Of a stretch of 64,000 nucleotides of DNA, positions 53,406 through 64,000 are shown in pieces (positions within the stretch are counted from its first letter, which is position 1; each line of letters opens with the position of its first letter). Source of the DNA: an uncultured Gemmatimonadaceae bacterium (GTDB taxonomy: Bacteria; Gemmatimonadota; Gemmatimonadetes; Gemmatimonadales; Gemmatimonadaceae). The stretch lies in NCBI GenBank assembly GCA_963843845.1, contig CAWJMB010000002.1, forward strand, positions 2,880,001 through 2,944,000. The letters run 5' to 3'. Below the pieces are notes generated by a model. The model was not told the origin of the DNA. It did no database searches and saw only the letters and a list, made by a program, of their open reading frames with translations. The translations under genes and the position numbers were made by a program.

Positions 53406-56400
53406 GCCCCCTCCGGCGCCGGCAGCGGAGCCGCACCCGGCGCCGGCGCGGCAGCTCGGCGCAGCACGCTGTAGACGACGGGGACGAAGAACAGCGTGGC
53501 GACGGTCGCGAACGCGAGGCCGCCGATGACGGCGCGGCCGAGCGGCGCGTTCTGCTCGCCGCCCTCGCCGAGGCCGAGCGACATCGGCAGCATGCCGATG
53601 ATCATCGCGAGCGCGGTCATGATCACCGGGCGCAGGCGCGTCATGCCGGCGGCGAGCGCCGCGTCGACGCGTCGAGAGCCCCGCCGCGCGCTGCTCGTTG
53701 GCGAACGTGACGATGAGGATGCTGTTCGCCGTCGCCACGCCGACGCTCATGATCGCGCCCATCAGCGCGGGCACGCTGAGCGTCGTCTGCGTGACGAACA
53801 GCATCCAGACGATGCCGGCGAGCGCGCCCGGGCAGCGCCATGAGGATGATCGAACGGGTCGAGCCACGACTGGAAGTTCACGACCATCAGCAGGTAGACG
53901 AGCACGACCGCGAACGACGAGCCCGAAGCCGAGGCCGCGTGAACGACGTCGCGCATGCTCTCGACCTGGCCCGCGCATCGACGATGCTGCTCCCCTGCGG
54001 CAGCGTCGGCGTCAGCTCCGTCGACGACGCGGTCGACGTCGCTCGCGACGCCGCCGAGGTCGCGCCCCTGCACGTTCGCGTAGCACGTCGAACACCGGCT
54101 GCACGTTGTAGTGGGTGACGACCGAGCGGGCCGAGCGGCGCGTCGATCGTGCGCGACGTTGCCGAGCAGTCTGCGGCGTCGCCGCCGGCGACGAGACGGC
54201 GTCGCCTCGAGCGGCGTCGATCGAGTCGATGCGCGTACTGCGGCGTCTGCACCGCCACGAGGTACTGCACGCCGTTCGCCGGATCGAGCCAGAAGTTCGG
54301 CGCGATCTGCCCGACTCGACGCTGAGCGACACGAGCAGGTCGCTCGCGACGTCGCGCTCGCGTGAGCGCCGAGCTGCGCGGCGCGCACGTGCGGTCGACG
54401 TCGACGAGCAGCTCGGGCGCGCTCGCGACCTGGTGCAGGTGCACGTCGACCGCGCCCGGGATCGTGCGCATGCGCGTCGGCGAGCTGCTGCGCGACGCGT
54501 GAAGTTCGCGCGCCTTGTTCGGCGCCCGACGACCTGCACGTCGATCGGCGCCGGGAGGCCGAAGTTCAGCACCTGCGTCGAGATGTCCGGCGCGAGGAAG
54601 AAGAACGTGACGTCGGGGAACTCGCGTGCAGCCGCGTCGCGCAGCTGCGCGCACGTACTCGGCCGTCGGCGGTCGCGGTGCTCGGTCAGCGCGATCAGGA
54701 TCTCGCCGTCGGCCGACGCCGATCATCGGGCCGTCGCTCGAGCGCGAGGTTGATGCCGCTGACGGCGATGCCGATGTTGTCGAGCATCGTGTCGAGCTCG
54801 TCCGGCGGGATGACCTCGCGGATCCGTCGCTCGACGCGCGCGACGAGCTGCTCGGTCTCCTCGATGCGCGTGCCGGCCGGCGCCGCGGACGTGCAGCTGG
54901 ATCAGCCCGGCGTCGACCGTCGGGAAGAAGTCGCTGCCGAGCGAGCGGCACGAGCAGCAGCGACGAGCGCCACGAACGCAGCGCGAAGCCGAGCGTCACG
55001 CGTCCGCGGTGCGCGAGCGCCCAGCGCGAGCAGCGCGCCGTAGCGCGTCGCGCAGGCGCTCGAAGCCGCGGTCGAAGCGCGCGGATGCGCCCGAACGAAG
55101 GCCCGTCGCGCGTGCCCGTGATGCTGCTCGCCTCGCCGCTCGAGCAGCGTACTGCACCAGCGTCGGCACGAGCGTGCGCGAGAGGAAGTACGACGTCAGC
55201 ATCGCGAAGACGACCGCCATCGCGAGCGGCACGAACAGCGACTTCGCCGCGCCGGTGATGAAGACCACCGGCACGAACACGATGCAGATGCAGAGCGTCG
55301 ACGACGAACGCCGGCACCGCGATCTGCTGCGCGCCGTCGAGGATCGCGCGCACGAGCGGCTTTCCGCATGCCCAGGTTGCGGTGGATGTTCTCGATCGCC
55401 GACCGTCGCGTCGTCGACGAGGATGCCGACCGCGAGCGCGAGGCCGCCGAGCGTCATCACGTTGAGCGTCTGCCCGAGCGCGCCGAGCACGATGATCGAC
55501 GACGAGGATCGAGAGCGGGATCGAGACGCGACGATGAGCGTGCTCCGCCAGCTGCCGAGGAAGAGCAGGATCATCAGCGCCGTGAGGCCCGCGGCGATCA
55601 GCGCCTCCTTCACGCACGCCGTCGACAGCGCGGCGCGCACGAAGAGCGACTGGTCGAAGAGCAGCTCGACCTTGCAGCTCCGGCGGCAGCGTGCGCCAGC
55701 GATCGCCGGCAGCGTCGCGCGGATGCTGCTGCACGACGTCGAGCGTGCGAGCGCGCTGCCGTTCTTGAGCATCGACATGAGCACGCGCCGCGCTTGCCGT
55801 CGACGTGCACCATGTTGGTCTGCAGGCGCGTAGCCGTCGCGCACCTGGCGACGTCGCGGATGTAGACCGTCGTGCCGTTCACGGTCTTGATCGGCAGGTC
55901 GTTCGAGCGCCTTCGACGACCTCCGGGCTGCCGTTGAGCCGACCGGGTACTCGTGCTCGCCGATCTTCGCCGTGCCGGTCGGCAGGATCGACGTTCTGCG
56001 CGTTGATCGCCGCGCTCACGTCGCGCGGCGAGAGGCCGCGCGCGTAGAGCGCTGCCGGGTCGAGGTCGACCATGATCTGGCGCTGCTTGCCGCCGTACGG
56101 CCAGGGGATCTGCGCGCCGCTGCATGGTCGCGAGTCGCGCGCGGATCGAAGTTCGTCGCCGAGGTCGAAGAGCTGCTGCTCGGTGAGCGTGTCGCTCGCG
56201 AGCGCGGCCTGCAGGATCGGCACGTTCGACGCGCTGTAGCGGATGATGAACGGCGGCGTCGTGCCCGGCGGCATCGTTGCGCGACGATGGTCTGCGAGAC
56301 CGCCGTCGACCTGCGCGATCGCCGCCTCGATCTTCGCGCCCGGCTGGAAGAAGATCTTGATGACCGCGACGCCGGTCAGCGACTGGCTCTCGATGTGCTC

Positions 56401-56637
56401 GATGTCGTTGACCGTCGTGGTGAGCGACGCGCTCGTAGTCGTGACGATGCGCTTCTCCATCTCCTCGGCGCGGCAGCCCGCCGTAGTTCCAGATCACCGA
56501 GATGACCGGGATGTCGATCGTCCGGGAAGATGTCGGTCGGCATGCGCAGCGATCGTCAGCACGCCGAGGATGACGATGAGCAGCGCCATGACGACGAACG
56601 TGTACGGGCGCCGGAGCGCGAGGCGGACGATCCACAT
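53402..56637 (-). CDS. RND efflux permease subunit, heavily frameshifted
   Basis: Fragments in alternating frames: [60 protein letters not shown] and [12 protein letters not shown]. Confidence 0.85.
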
Positions 56638-56653
56638 GTGCGTCTACACGTCG

Positions 56654-57978
56654 TTACAGCGGCCGCCCGGCGAGCGCCGACAGCTCGGCGCGCGCCACGG
56701 CGTAATCGAAGCGTGCGTCGACGAGCGCCGACTCCGCGTCGGCGAGGTTCGTCTGCGAAGTGATGAGGTCGAGGATGTCGGCGGCGCCGGCCTGGTAGCG
56801 CACCTGCACGACGCGCAGATCTTCCGTCGCGACCTGCACTCCCTCCTGCGCGAGTGCGATCCGCGTCTCCGCGACGCGCAGCGTCTCGAGCGCGCGCTCG
56901 GCGTTCACACGCGCGGAGCGCCGCACGTCGCGCAGCCGCGTCGTCGCGACGTCGCCGCCGACGCGCGCGCGCACGACGGCCTCCTCGCGCTGGAACCCGT
57001 CGAACAGCGGGTAGCTCAGGCCGAGCCGCAGCGCCCAGACCGGATCGCGGTCGACGGTCGCGGCCGACGCATGCTGCCCGATCACGCGGTAGGCGCCGCC
57101 GAGCTGCACCGTCGGGGCGTAGCGGGCGCGCGAGGCGCGGGTGGCGGCCGCCGCGGCACGGTCGGTCGCTTCCGCCGACTGCACGATGGGCGCGCTCGTC
57201 ACGACGAGCGAACGAGCGCCGAGTCGTCCAGCGACAACGCGCGCGGCGCGAGCGAGTCGGGCTCCTGCACGTCGACGGCGCCGTCGACGCCGACGACGCG
57301 GCCGAACGCGTAGCGGGCGGTGCGGAACTGCCCCTCGGTCTGCGCGAGCGCCTGCCGCGCGCGCGACAGCTCGAGGCGGGCGCGCAGCTCGTCGCTCCGC
57401 GTCGCGACGCCGGCGTCGTGGCGGCGCTTCGCATAGCTCTCGCCCTGGACCGCGCGCGCGACACGCGCCGACTGCACGCGACGCTGCGCCGCGGCGCGCA
57501 GCACGTCGAACGCGGCGCGCTCGGCGTCGAGCGACACGGCGTACCGACGCGCCACGAGGTCGGCATCGCTCACGTCGCGCGTCGCCGCGGCGCGTCGGAT
57601 CTCGGCGCCGCGCCGGCCGCCGGTGAAGAGGTCGTAGGTCGCGCCGAGCCCCGCGGCCGACGTGCCGTTCACGGCGCCGGGGAGCGCGCCGGGCTGTCCG
57701 AACGGGCCGGGATTCGTCGACCGGAGCACGTTCGACTCGAGCGAGACCGTCGGCAGGAACGCCGCCCGCGCGCTGCGCTCCGCGGCTCGCGCGACGCGGA
57801 CGGCGCCGGTGTCGCGCGCGACCTCGGGGCTCGCGGCGAGGGCGCGGCGGACCGCCTCGTCGATCGTGACGGTCAGGACGGGCGGCGGAGGCGCGGGGAG
57901 AGCGGACTGCGCATGCGCTGCGGCAGCGGTGAGGGCGAGCAGCGCCGCGAACGGTGCGGCGCGAGAGCGAAGGCGCAT
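56654..57978 (-). CDS. TolC family outer-membrane efflux protein (frameshift near 57205)
   Basis: EAVRRALAASP, AAFLPTV, YDLFTGG, YPLFDG and RYQAG...LD across two ORFs. Confidence 0.88.
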
Positions 57979-58054
57979 GCGGGGACGACGGGAGACGGGC
58001 GGGTCTCCCACACTACGCGGGCGGAGACGAGATCGTTCGGTGCGCGGAGCTCTC

Positions 58055-58220
58055 GGACGGCGGGGGTGACGGCGGGACGGCGGGACGCACGGGCGACGGC
58101 GCGACGTGACGGCACGGCGGGACGGATACCGCGGACGCAGGCGCCGTCTCTGGAATGCCCCCCCGCCGTCCCCGTCCCCGAGTCGCGGTGGCGTCGCGTT
58201 CCGCCGTCAGCCCCGCCGTT
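58055..58220. repeat. Degenerate octamer array (GACGGCGG-like) with inverted copies
   Basis: GACGGCGGGACGGCGGGACG... at 58055-58125, then CCGCCGTC copies at about 58160-58220. Confidence 0.6.
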
Positions 58221-59235
58221 CGGCGTGGATCGGCGACGCCCCCGCAGCGAGCTCCGCCCGCGACCGCGTCGTCGGCGGCGGCGCGTCGACATGCACCGTG
58301 TTCCGCCCGATCACCGCCTGCTCCGCCACATCCGTCAGCGCCGCGACGAAATCCGGCCGCACGTTCGGCAGTCGCGTCCGCCGGTACGTGATGCCTAACG
58401 CCGCCGCCTTCCCCGCCGCCTCGACGTCGAGGTCGTACAGAATCTCGAGATGATCGCACACGAACCCGATCGGCACCTGCAGCACCTGCCGCACCCCGTC
58501 CGCGTGCAGCGTGTCGAGGTAGTCGAGAATGTCCGGCCCGATCCACGGCTCGCCCGTCTCGCCCGCGCTCTGCCACGCGAAGCGAACGTCGCGCACGCCG
58601 GCCAGCGCCGCCACCGCGTGCGCACTCTCGGCGAGCTGCCGCTCGTACGGATCGTCCCACGTCCGGATGCGCTCCGGCAGCGAGTGCGCGCTGAACACGA
58701 CCGTCACGCCGTCGCGCGCGCCGTCCGGGAAGTGCGCCAGCTCGTCGCGGACGAGGGTCGCCATGACGTCGAGAAAGCCGGGGTGCGTGTGCCAGTGCTC
58801 GACGAAGTCGACGTCGAAGCGCAGGCCGTGCGTGTGCATCCCCTCGAACAGATAGCGCTGATAGCCGCCGACGCTGAAGCGCGAGTAGTGCGGCGCGAGC
58901 ACGACGCACGCGAGCCGCTGAACGCCGTCGGCGTGCGCCTGCGGCAGCACGTCGGCGATGAACGGGTGCCAGTGCTTCATCCCCACATAGACCGGCACGT
59001 CGTGCCCGCGCGCGCGCAGCCCGTCGGCGACCGCGGCGCGCACCTCCGCGGTGAGGCGGGTGAGGGGGGTGCGCCCGCCGACCGCCTCGTAGCGGTGCAC
59101 GAGATGCGCGACCGCTGCCGGCGACGGCGGGCGGCCGCCGCGGATGTGGGTGTAGTACGGTTCGACGTGCTCGGGCGTCTCGGGCGTGCCGTACGCCATG
59201 AGCATCACCCCGGTGCGCGGTCGATCGTCAGGCAT
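58207..59235 (-). CDS. hemH: Ferrochelatase (Bacillus-like)
   Basis: MAYGTP, YYTHIR, LAPHYS, FSAHSLP, WQS..EPW.GP and GFVCDHLEILYDLD. Confidence 0.95.
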   Translation of the reverse strand: MPDDRPRTGVMLMAYGTPETPEHVEPYYTHIRGGRPPSPAAVAHLVHRYEAVGGRTPLTRLTAEVRAAVADGLRARGHDVPVYVGMKHWHPFIADVLPQAHADGVQRLACVVLAPHYSRFSVGGYQRYLFEGMHTHGLRFDVDFVEHWHTHPGFLDVMATLVRDELAHFPDGARDGVTVVFSAHSLPERIRTWDDPYERQLAESAHAVAALAGVRDVRFAWQSAGETGEPWIGPDILDYLDTLHADGVRQVLQVPIGFVCDHLEILYDLDVEAAGKAAALGITYRRTRLPNVRPDFVAALTDVAEQAVIGRNTVHVDAPPPTTRSRAELAAGASPIHAERRG

Positions 59236-60552
59236 GTTCTGGATGGAGGCGCGGCGTCGCGCGCGTGAGTCGCGCTGCCGGGTCGGGGGCGACGGGGGCA
59301 GCGGGTGCGTCGATGCCGAACAGGCGCCGCGCCGACGACGCGAGCGCCACCGGCTCGTCGTCGACCGCCATCGCATGCAGCGGGCCGTGCAGCAGCTTCG
59401 CGACGAGGCGCAGCCCCATGGCGCGCACGATCTCGCGTTCGCGCGGCGAGAGCGGGCCGAGCTGGGCGAGCTGGGCGAGCGCTCGCTCGACTTCGCGGTC
59501 GCAGACGTGCGCCGCGCCGGCCCGCAGCGCGAGCACTGTCGGCAGTGCCTCCTGCGCGCTCAGCCACCGCGCGAACCGGGCCGCCCACCGGTCGATCTCC
59601 TGTTCCGCGGCGTGCACGTCGCGCCGGACGTCGCGCTCCGCGTCGCGCGGCTCCCACCGTCCCAGGGCGTCGACGTCGAGCACGCGCGTGTCGGGCAGCG
59701 CGGCGACGGCCGGCGCGACGTTCCGCGGCACGCCGAGGTCGATGAGGGTGCGCGGGCGCGGGGCGGCGGGAGATGCGTCGCGTCGATGACCGGTTCGGAC
59801 GCCGCGGCGCACGCGAACACGACGTCCGCGTCGGCGACGACGACGCCCAACGCTTCCCACGAGGCGACCGCCGCGCCGTGCTTCGCCGCGAGCGAGAGCG
59901 CGTTCGCGAGCGTGCGGTTCACGATGACGACGCGCCGCGGGCGTGCTCCGGCGAGCGCCCGCAGCACGTCCGCGGCCGTCTCCCCGGCGCCGACGACGGC
60001 GATCGACGCGCCGGCGAGCGCCGCGACGCCGCCGAACGCATGCACCGCCGCCTCGGCGACGGACCCCGCGCGGCGACCGCCGACGGGGAGGAGCGGGCGC
60101 GCTCGCTTGCCCGCCGCGAGCGCGGTCTGCGCGAGGCGGAACAGCACCCGGCCCACCGCCCCGCCGGCGCGCGCGGCCGCCACGCCGCGCTTGATCTGCG
60201 CCGCGATCTGCGTCTCGCCGAGCACCATGGAGTCGACGCCGGCGGCGACGCGCGCGAGGTGGCGCGCCGCCTCGATCCCCTCGTACACGTACAGATAGCG
60301 GCGCAGCACGTCGGCGGGCATCGCGGCGCGCGCAGCGAGCAGGTCGACCAGCCGGTCGGTCGTGGCGCCGATCGGCTCGTCGCTCGCCACGTACAGCTCG
60401 ACGCGATTACACGTCGAGAGCACGAGCGACTCGGCGACGCCGGCCTCGCGCGCGACCTCGGCCGCGGCGCCGTCGAGCGACGCGAAGGCGACGCGCTCCC
60501 TGATCCAGAGCGGGGCCGTACGGTGCTGCATCCCGACGACGAGCACGCGCAC
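59228..60552 (-). CDS. hemA: Glutamyl-tRNA reductase (frameshift near 59770)
   Basis: HRTAP..RE, STCNRVE, GVDSMVLGETQI, GAGE and NRT; second frame has IDLGVPRNV and KLLHGP. Confidence 0.92.
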
Positions 60553-60556
60553 CGCG

Positions 60557-62068
60557 TCAGCCCCCCGCCGTGGTCGCGACGAGCTCCTGCGCGTCGCGCA
60601 CCGCCGCGCGCGCGCTTCCGAACGTGACGCGCGGCGGCGCCGTCACGAGCTGCTCGGCCACGCGCGCCGCCGCCCGCTCCCCGGACGCGATGCAGTCCGG
60701 CACGCCGACGCCGCGGTAGGCGTTGCCGGCGAGCGCGAGCCACGGCAGGGCGCTCACGCGCCGGTCGATGCGCGCGACGCGCTCCGGATGCCCGAGATGA
60801 TACTGCGGCATCGCGCCGAGCCACCGGGTCGTGCGGGCGAGCGTCGGCTCTGCCACGACACCGAGCGTCGCGCGCAGCTCGGCGCGCGCGATGCCGAGCA
60901 GCGTGTGGTCCGGGAGCGCCGGCACCGCCGTGTGCCGCGCCCCGCCGACGAACACGCGGAACAGCGCCGTGTCCGCCGGCGCGCGCCCGTGGTGCTTGCT
61001 CGACACCCACGTGCAGGCGAGCACCGGCCGCCCCTCCGTCCGCGGCACGACGTACCCGGTACCGTCGAGCCGGCGGCGAACGGCCGCCGCGGGATACGCG
61101 AGGGTGACCGTCGCGAGCGATCCGTGGTCGATCGCACTCAGCTCGGCCGACAGCGCGACGTCGGCCGGCGCGAGCAGCCGCGCCGCGACCGACGCCGGCG
61201 CCGCGACGATCACCGCGTCGGCGGTGAGGCACTCGCCGTTCGCCAGCTCGACGATCGCGCCGGGCGGCCGACCGTTCGGCACGCCGCCGGTCGTCGCGGC
61301 GGGGCGTCCGGCCGCTCGCACCGACCGCACCGTCGCATGCAGGCGCACGTCGACGTGCGGCATCGCGCGGAACGCGGCGGCGAGCGCGTCGATCAGCTCC
61401 TGCAGCCCGTTGGGCAGGGTGAGGAACGGCGACGACGTCGAGATCGGCCGGGCACGCAGTCCGGCGAGCAGACTGCCGTGTGCCGCCTCCATCGCGCGGA
61501 GCTGCGGGAACGTCGCGTCCATGCTGAGCCGCGTGCCGGCACCGGAGTAGATGCCGGCGAGCAGGGGCTCGCAGATCCGCTCGTACGTCTCGCGCCCGAG
61601 CCGCCGCGTCATGAACGACTCGATCGACTCGTCGTCGTCCGAGCGGCGGCGCGGCCGGAGCGGCTCGAGTGCGAGCTGCGCGAGGCCGAGCGGCGAGAGA
61701 ATGCCGGACGTCGCGATCGGCGCGAGGCGCGATGGCATGAGCCCGGTGAGTCCCTGGGGCAGCCGGCGCAGCCGCCCGCGCCGCGAGACGTAGCCGCCGC
61801 GCGTGGCCGTGCCGCGCAACCGGTCGCCGATGCCGAGTCGCTCGCAGAGCAGCCGCGCGGCGGGCTTCGCGGCGACTATGACGTCCGGGCCGCGTTCGAG
61901 CAGACACTCGCCGACGCGATCGGTGCCGATCATCCCGCCGAGCCGGTCGGACGCCTCGAGCACCGTCACCCGCAGCCCACCCGCGCCGAGCCGTTCGGCT
62001 GCCGTGAGGCCGCTGATTCCTGCGCCGATGACGACGACGTGCGCCGGTCCGGCGTCTGCGCGTTCCAT
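60557..62068 (-). CDS. hemY: Proto/coproporphyrinogen oxidase, HemY type
   Basis: IGAGISGL, ERGPD, PLLAGIYSG, LS..A.FP, MPQY.LGH and GVGVPDCI. Confidence 0.93.
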   Translation of the reverse strand: MERADAGPAHVVVIGAGISGLTAAERLGAGGLRVTVLEASDRLGGMIGTDRVGECLLERGPDVIVAAKPAARLLCERLGIGDRLRGTATRGGYVSRRGRLRRLPQGLTGLMPSRLAPIATSGILSPLGLAQLALEPLRPRRRSDDDESIESFMTRRLGRETYERICEPLLAGIYSGAGTRLSMDATFPQLRAMEAAHGSLLAGLRARPISTSSPFLTLPNGLQELIDALAAAFRAMPHVDVRLHATVRSVRAAGRPAATTGGVPNGRPPGAIVELANGECLTADAVIVAAPASVAARLLAPADVALSAELSAIDHGSLATVTLAYPAAAVRRRLDGTGYVVPRTEGRPVLACTWVSSKHHGRAPADTALFRVFVGGARHTAVPALPDHTLLGIARAELRATLGVVAEPTLARTTRWLGAMPQYHLGHPERVARIDRRVSALPWLALAGNAYRGVGVPDCIASGERAAARVAEQLVTAPPRVTFGSARAAVRDAQELVATTAGG

Positions 62069-62269
62069 GCGTCGCAACGTACGGCACCGCCTACGGAGGA
62101 CCATCCGGAGTGGCTCGTCCGTACTCCTACCGAAACGGGAGGGCGAGGGCGGGACGCAGCGCCGATCGCGGAACGCGACGGCGACGGCGGGATGGAAGTG
62201 CACGGGCGGGATGGGCAGCGAGTCCCACGGTGCCGCAGCCCGACTGCCGTGCGGCAGTGCGTCGAGAGC

Positions 62270-63964
62270 TCAGGACAGCACGATGGGCCGCTCGATCAGG
62301 TGCGGCGCCGTCGCGTCAGGATCGTTCGGCACCAGCCGCGACGGCCGCTCCGCGCTCGGCGTCGCCGCGGTCCAGCGGCGCGCCACCCGCTCGATCCCGA
62401 CCGGATAGATGTGCAGCGCCCCGTCGCGCGCGACGTGCAGCCGCAGCCAGCTCCGAAAGTCCTCGATCCGGAGCGACGAGAACGCCTCCGTGTTGTGCCG
62501 CGCGAACACGTTCAGCGAGATCAGCAGGTACAGTCCCATGATCACGCCGCCGCACACATAGCCGCCGATGAGCAGCGCCGCACCCGTGATCGACAGCGCC
62601 TGCCAGCTCCGCTCGGCGAAGCCGAACACGTGGCGCGCCGCGTATGCCCCACCCCACCCCACGCCGAACGCCGCGCCGAGGTGCGCCAGCGCGTGCAGCG
62701 TCCCGCCGAGCCGCTTCTGCGTCGGCGACGCCGTGTCGGTGAAGAAGATGAAGCCGAACACGACGACGAGCAGCCAGAGCACCGCCACGTGGCTCGCGAG
62801 TACCGCGTCGCGGAGCGCGCTGAACACGGCGCCGAGCGACGAGAGGCCGTACGCCGAGACGCGCGCCTGCACCGCCCAGCCCAGCAGCAGGTAGAGCACG
62901 CCGGTCACGAGCCCGAACTTCGGGTTGTGCCGCGCGAACACGAGGTTGCCGTACGACAGACGCTTCGACTCGCGCGGACTGGGGTACGCCGCCTTGTACT
63001 CATAGCCCCCGTACAACGTCTCCACCTCGCGGACGTCGTGGTGCGTCGGATGGATGAACGAGCCGCCGCCCCCCGCCACGATCTTCTGCCGCCCGTCGGG
63101 CGTCGCGTGCCGGCGGTAGTGATGCAGATCGCCCGACAGAAAGACTTCGATGCGCCCCCCGAACACGTCTCGCTCGAGGAACTCGAGGTTGCGCTCGGTC
63201 TGCGTGGGGTCGTACTTCGCATAGCGCGCCTCGTCGATCCAGTGCGGCTCCGCGGTACACAGAATGACGCGTGCGTCCGGCGGCATCTGCGCGGCGAGCG
63301 TGCGGAAGTACTCGAGCTGCGGGTCGTCGATGTCCGAGTCGAGCTGCACGTCCGTGCCGACGAGCCACCAGCGGTGCGGCAGCCGTACCGCGAAGTAGCT
63401 CAGCGTCTGCATCGCCTGCCAGCCGCCGATCCACCGCGGGCGCGTGCCGCAGAACAGCCGCGTGAACGCCACGAGGCTGTCGTACCAGTCGTGGTTGCCG
63501 GGGACCGCGAACACCGCCGGATGCGGCGCGGCCGAGTCGGGCAGCGCGGTCGCGAACGGCGCGACGAGCTTCTGCTCGTATGCCGCGCGACTCGGCGTCG
63601 GGTACACCTCGTCGCCGCCGAAGACGAGCAGATGCCCGCGCGCCGTCTCGTGCACGCGGCCCGCCGGATCGCGCACCGCGAGCCGAGGCTGCGCGATCGC
63701 GTGCGCGACCGCGTACGTCGCGTTCCAGCCGTCGCCGGTGTCCGACACGTAGTCGATCCACAGCTCGTCGCCGGCGGCCAGCTCGCACGGCACGACGTCG
63801 TGATGCGCGAGCGCGTCGAGGATGCGGCGGTCGGCGTTCTGCCCGAACAGCTCGGACACCGTCTTGCGCACGCCGGTCCGCACGAGCTGCCCGGGGTCGA
63901 ACCACCCGGTCATCGGCGCGCGCGCACGCGGCGGCGGAAGGGGCAGGAGCGGACGGCTCGACAT
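62270..63964 (-). CDS. Calcineurin-like metallophosphoesterase with C-terminal TM segments
   Basis: SDTGDG, GGDEVYP, PGNHDWYD, SGDLHHY and GGGGSF.HPTH. Confidence 0.88.
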   Translation of the reverse strand: MSSRPLLPLPPPRARAPMTGWFDPGQLVRTGVRKTVSELFGQNADRRILDALAHHDVVPCELAAGDELWIDYVSDTGDGWNATYAVAHAIAQPRLAVRDPAGRVHETARGHLLVFGGDEVYPTPSRAAYEQKLVAPFATALPDSAAPHPAVFAVPGNHDWYDSLVAFTRLFCGTRPRWIGGWQAMQTLSYFAVRLPHRWWLVGTDVQLDSDIDDPQLEYFRTLAAQMPPDARVILCTAEPHWIDEARYAKYDPTQTERNLEFLERDVFGGRIEVFLSGDLHHYRRHATPDGRQKIVAGGGGSFIHPTHHDVREVETLYGGYEYKAAYPSPRESKRLSYGNLVFARHNPKFGLVTGVLYLLLGWAVQARVSAYGLSSLGAVFSALRDAVLASHVAVLWLLVVVFGFIFFTDTASPTQKRLGGTLHALAHLGAAFGVGWGGAYAARHVFGFAERSWQALSITGAALLIGGYVCGGVIMGLYLLISLNVFARHNTEAFSSLRIEDFRSWLRLHVARDGALHIYPVGIERVARRWTAATPSAERPSRLVPNDPDATAPHLIERPIVLS

Positions 63965-64000
63965 GCCGGCCAACTTCGCCGCGCTCGCCGGTCCGCCGCA

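Overview
Very GC-rich bacterial chromosomal DNA, densely coding (about 57 genes). The gene repertoire and style suggest Gemmatimonadota (inference, not tested). I found no rRNA, tRNA, CRISPR array, integrase or transposase. Content: membrane/lipid and TPR proteins, an M16 protease, an ABC exporter, a class A beta-lactamase-like serine hydrolase, a kynureninase-like PLP enzyme, acnA, coaA, aguBA, a radical SAM/HhH repair protein, an envelope cluster (GT2, Wzi-like, LpxL-like), ppa, terC, queCE, NlpC/P60, a sugar operon (GT, GH1-RmlD fusion, eukaryote-type UDP-galactopyranose mutase homologue), GntR, a DEAD-box helicase, EamA-VKOR-TonB receptor, an RND efflux operon, hemY-hemA-hemH and a membrane metallophosphoesterase. 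Several conserved genes carry frameshifts, most likely long-read consensus errors. Most notable observations: (1) pervasive leaderless TAnnnT-N6-9-start promoters; (2) a leaderless Cys-Cys mini-ORF chain ahead of EamA; (3) a recurrent GTTAGGC motif that accounts for every TTA codon I found; (4) the eukaryote-type UGM next to a GH1 with an apparently dead RmlD domain; (5) a patatin-ferredoxin fusion; (6) a degenerate IrrE/ImmA-like protein. All coordinates were read by hand and may be off by a few bases.
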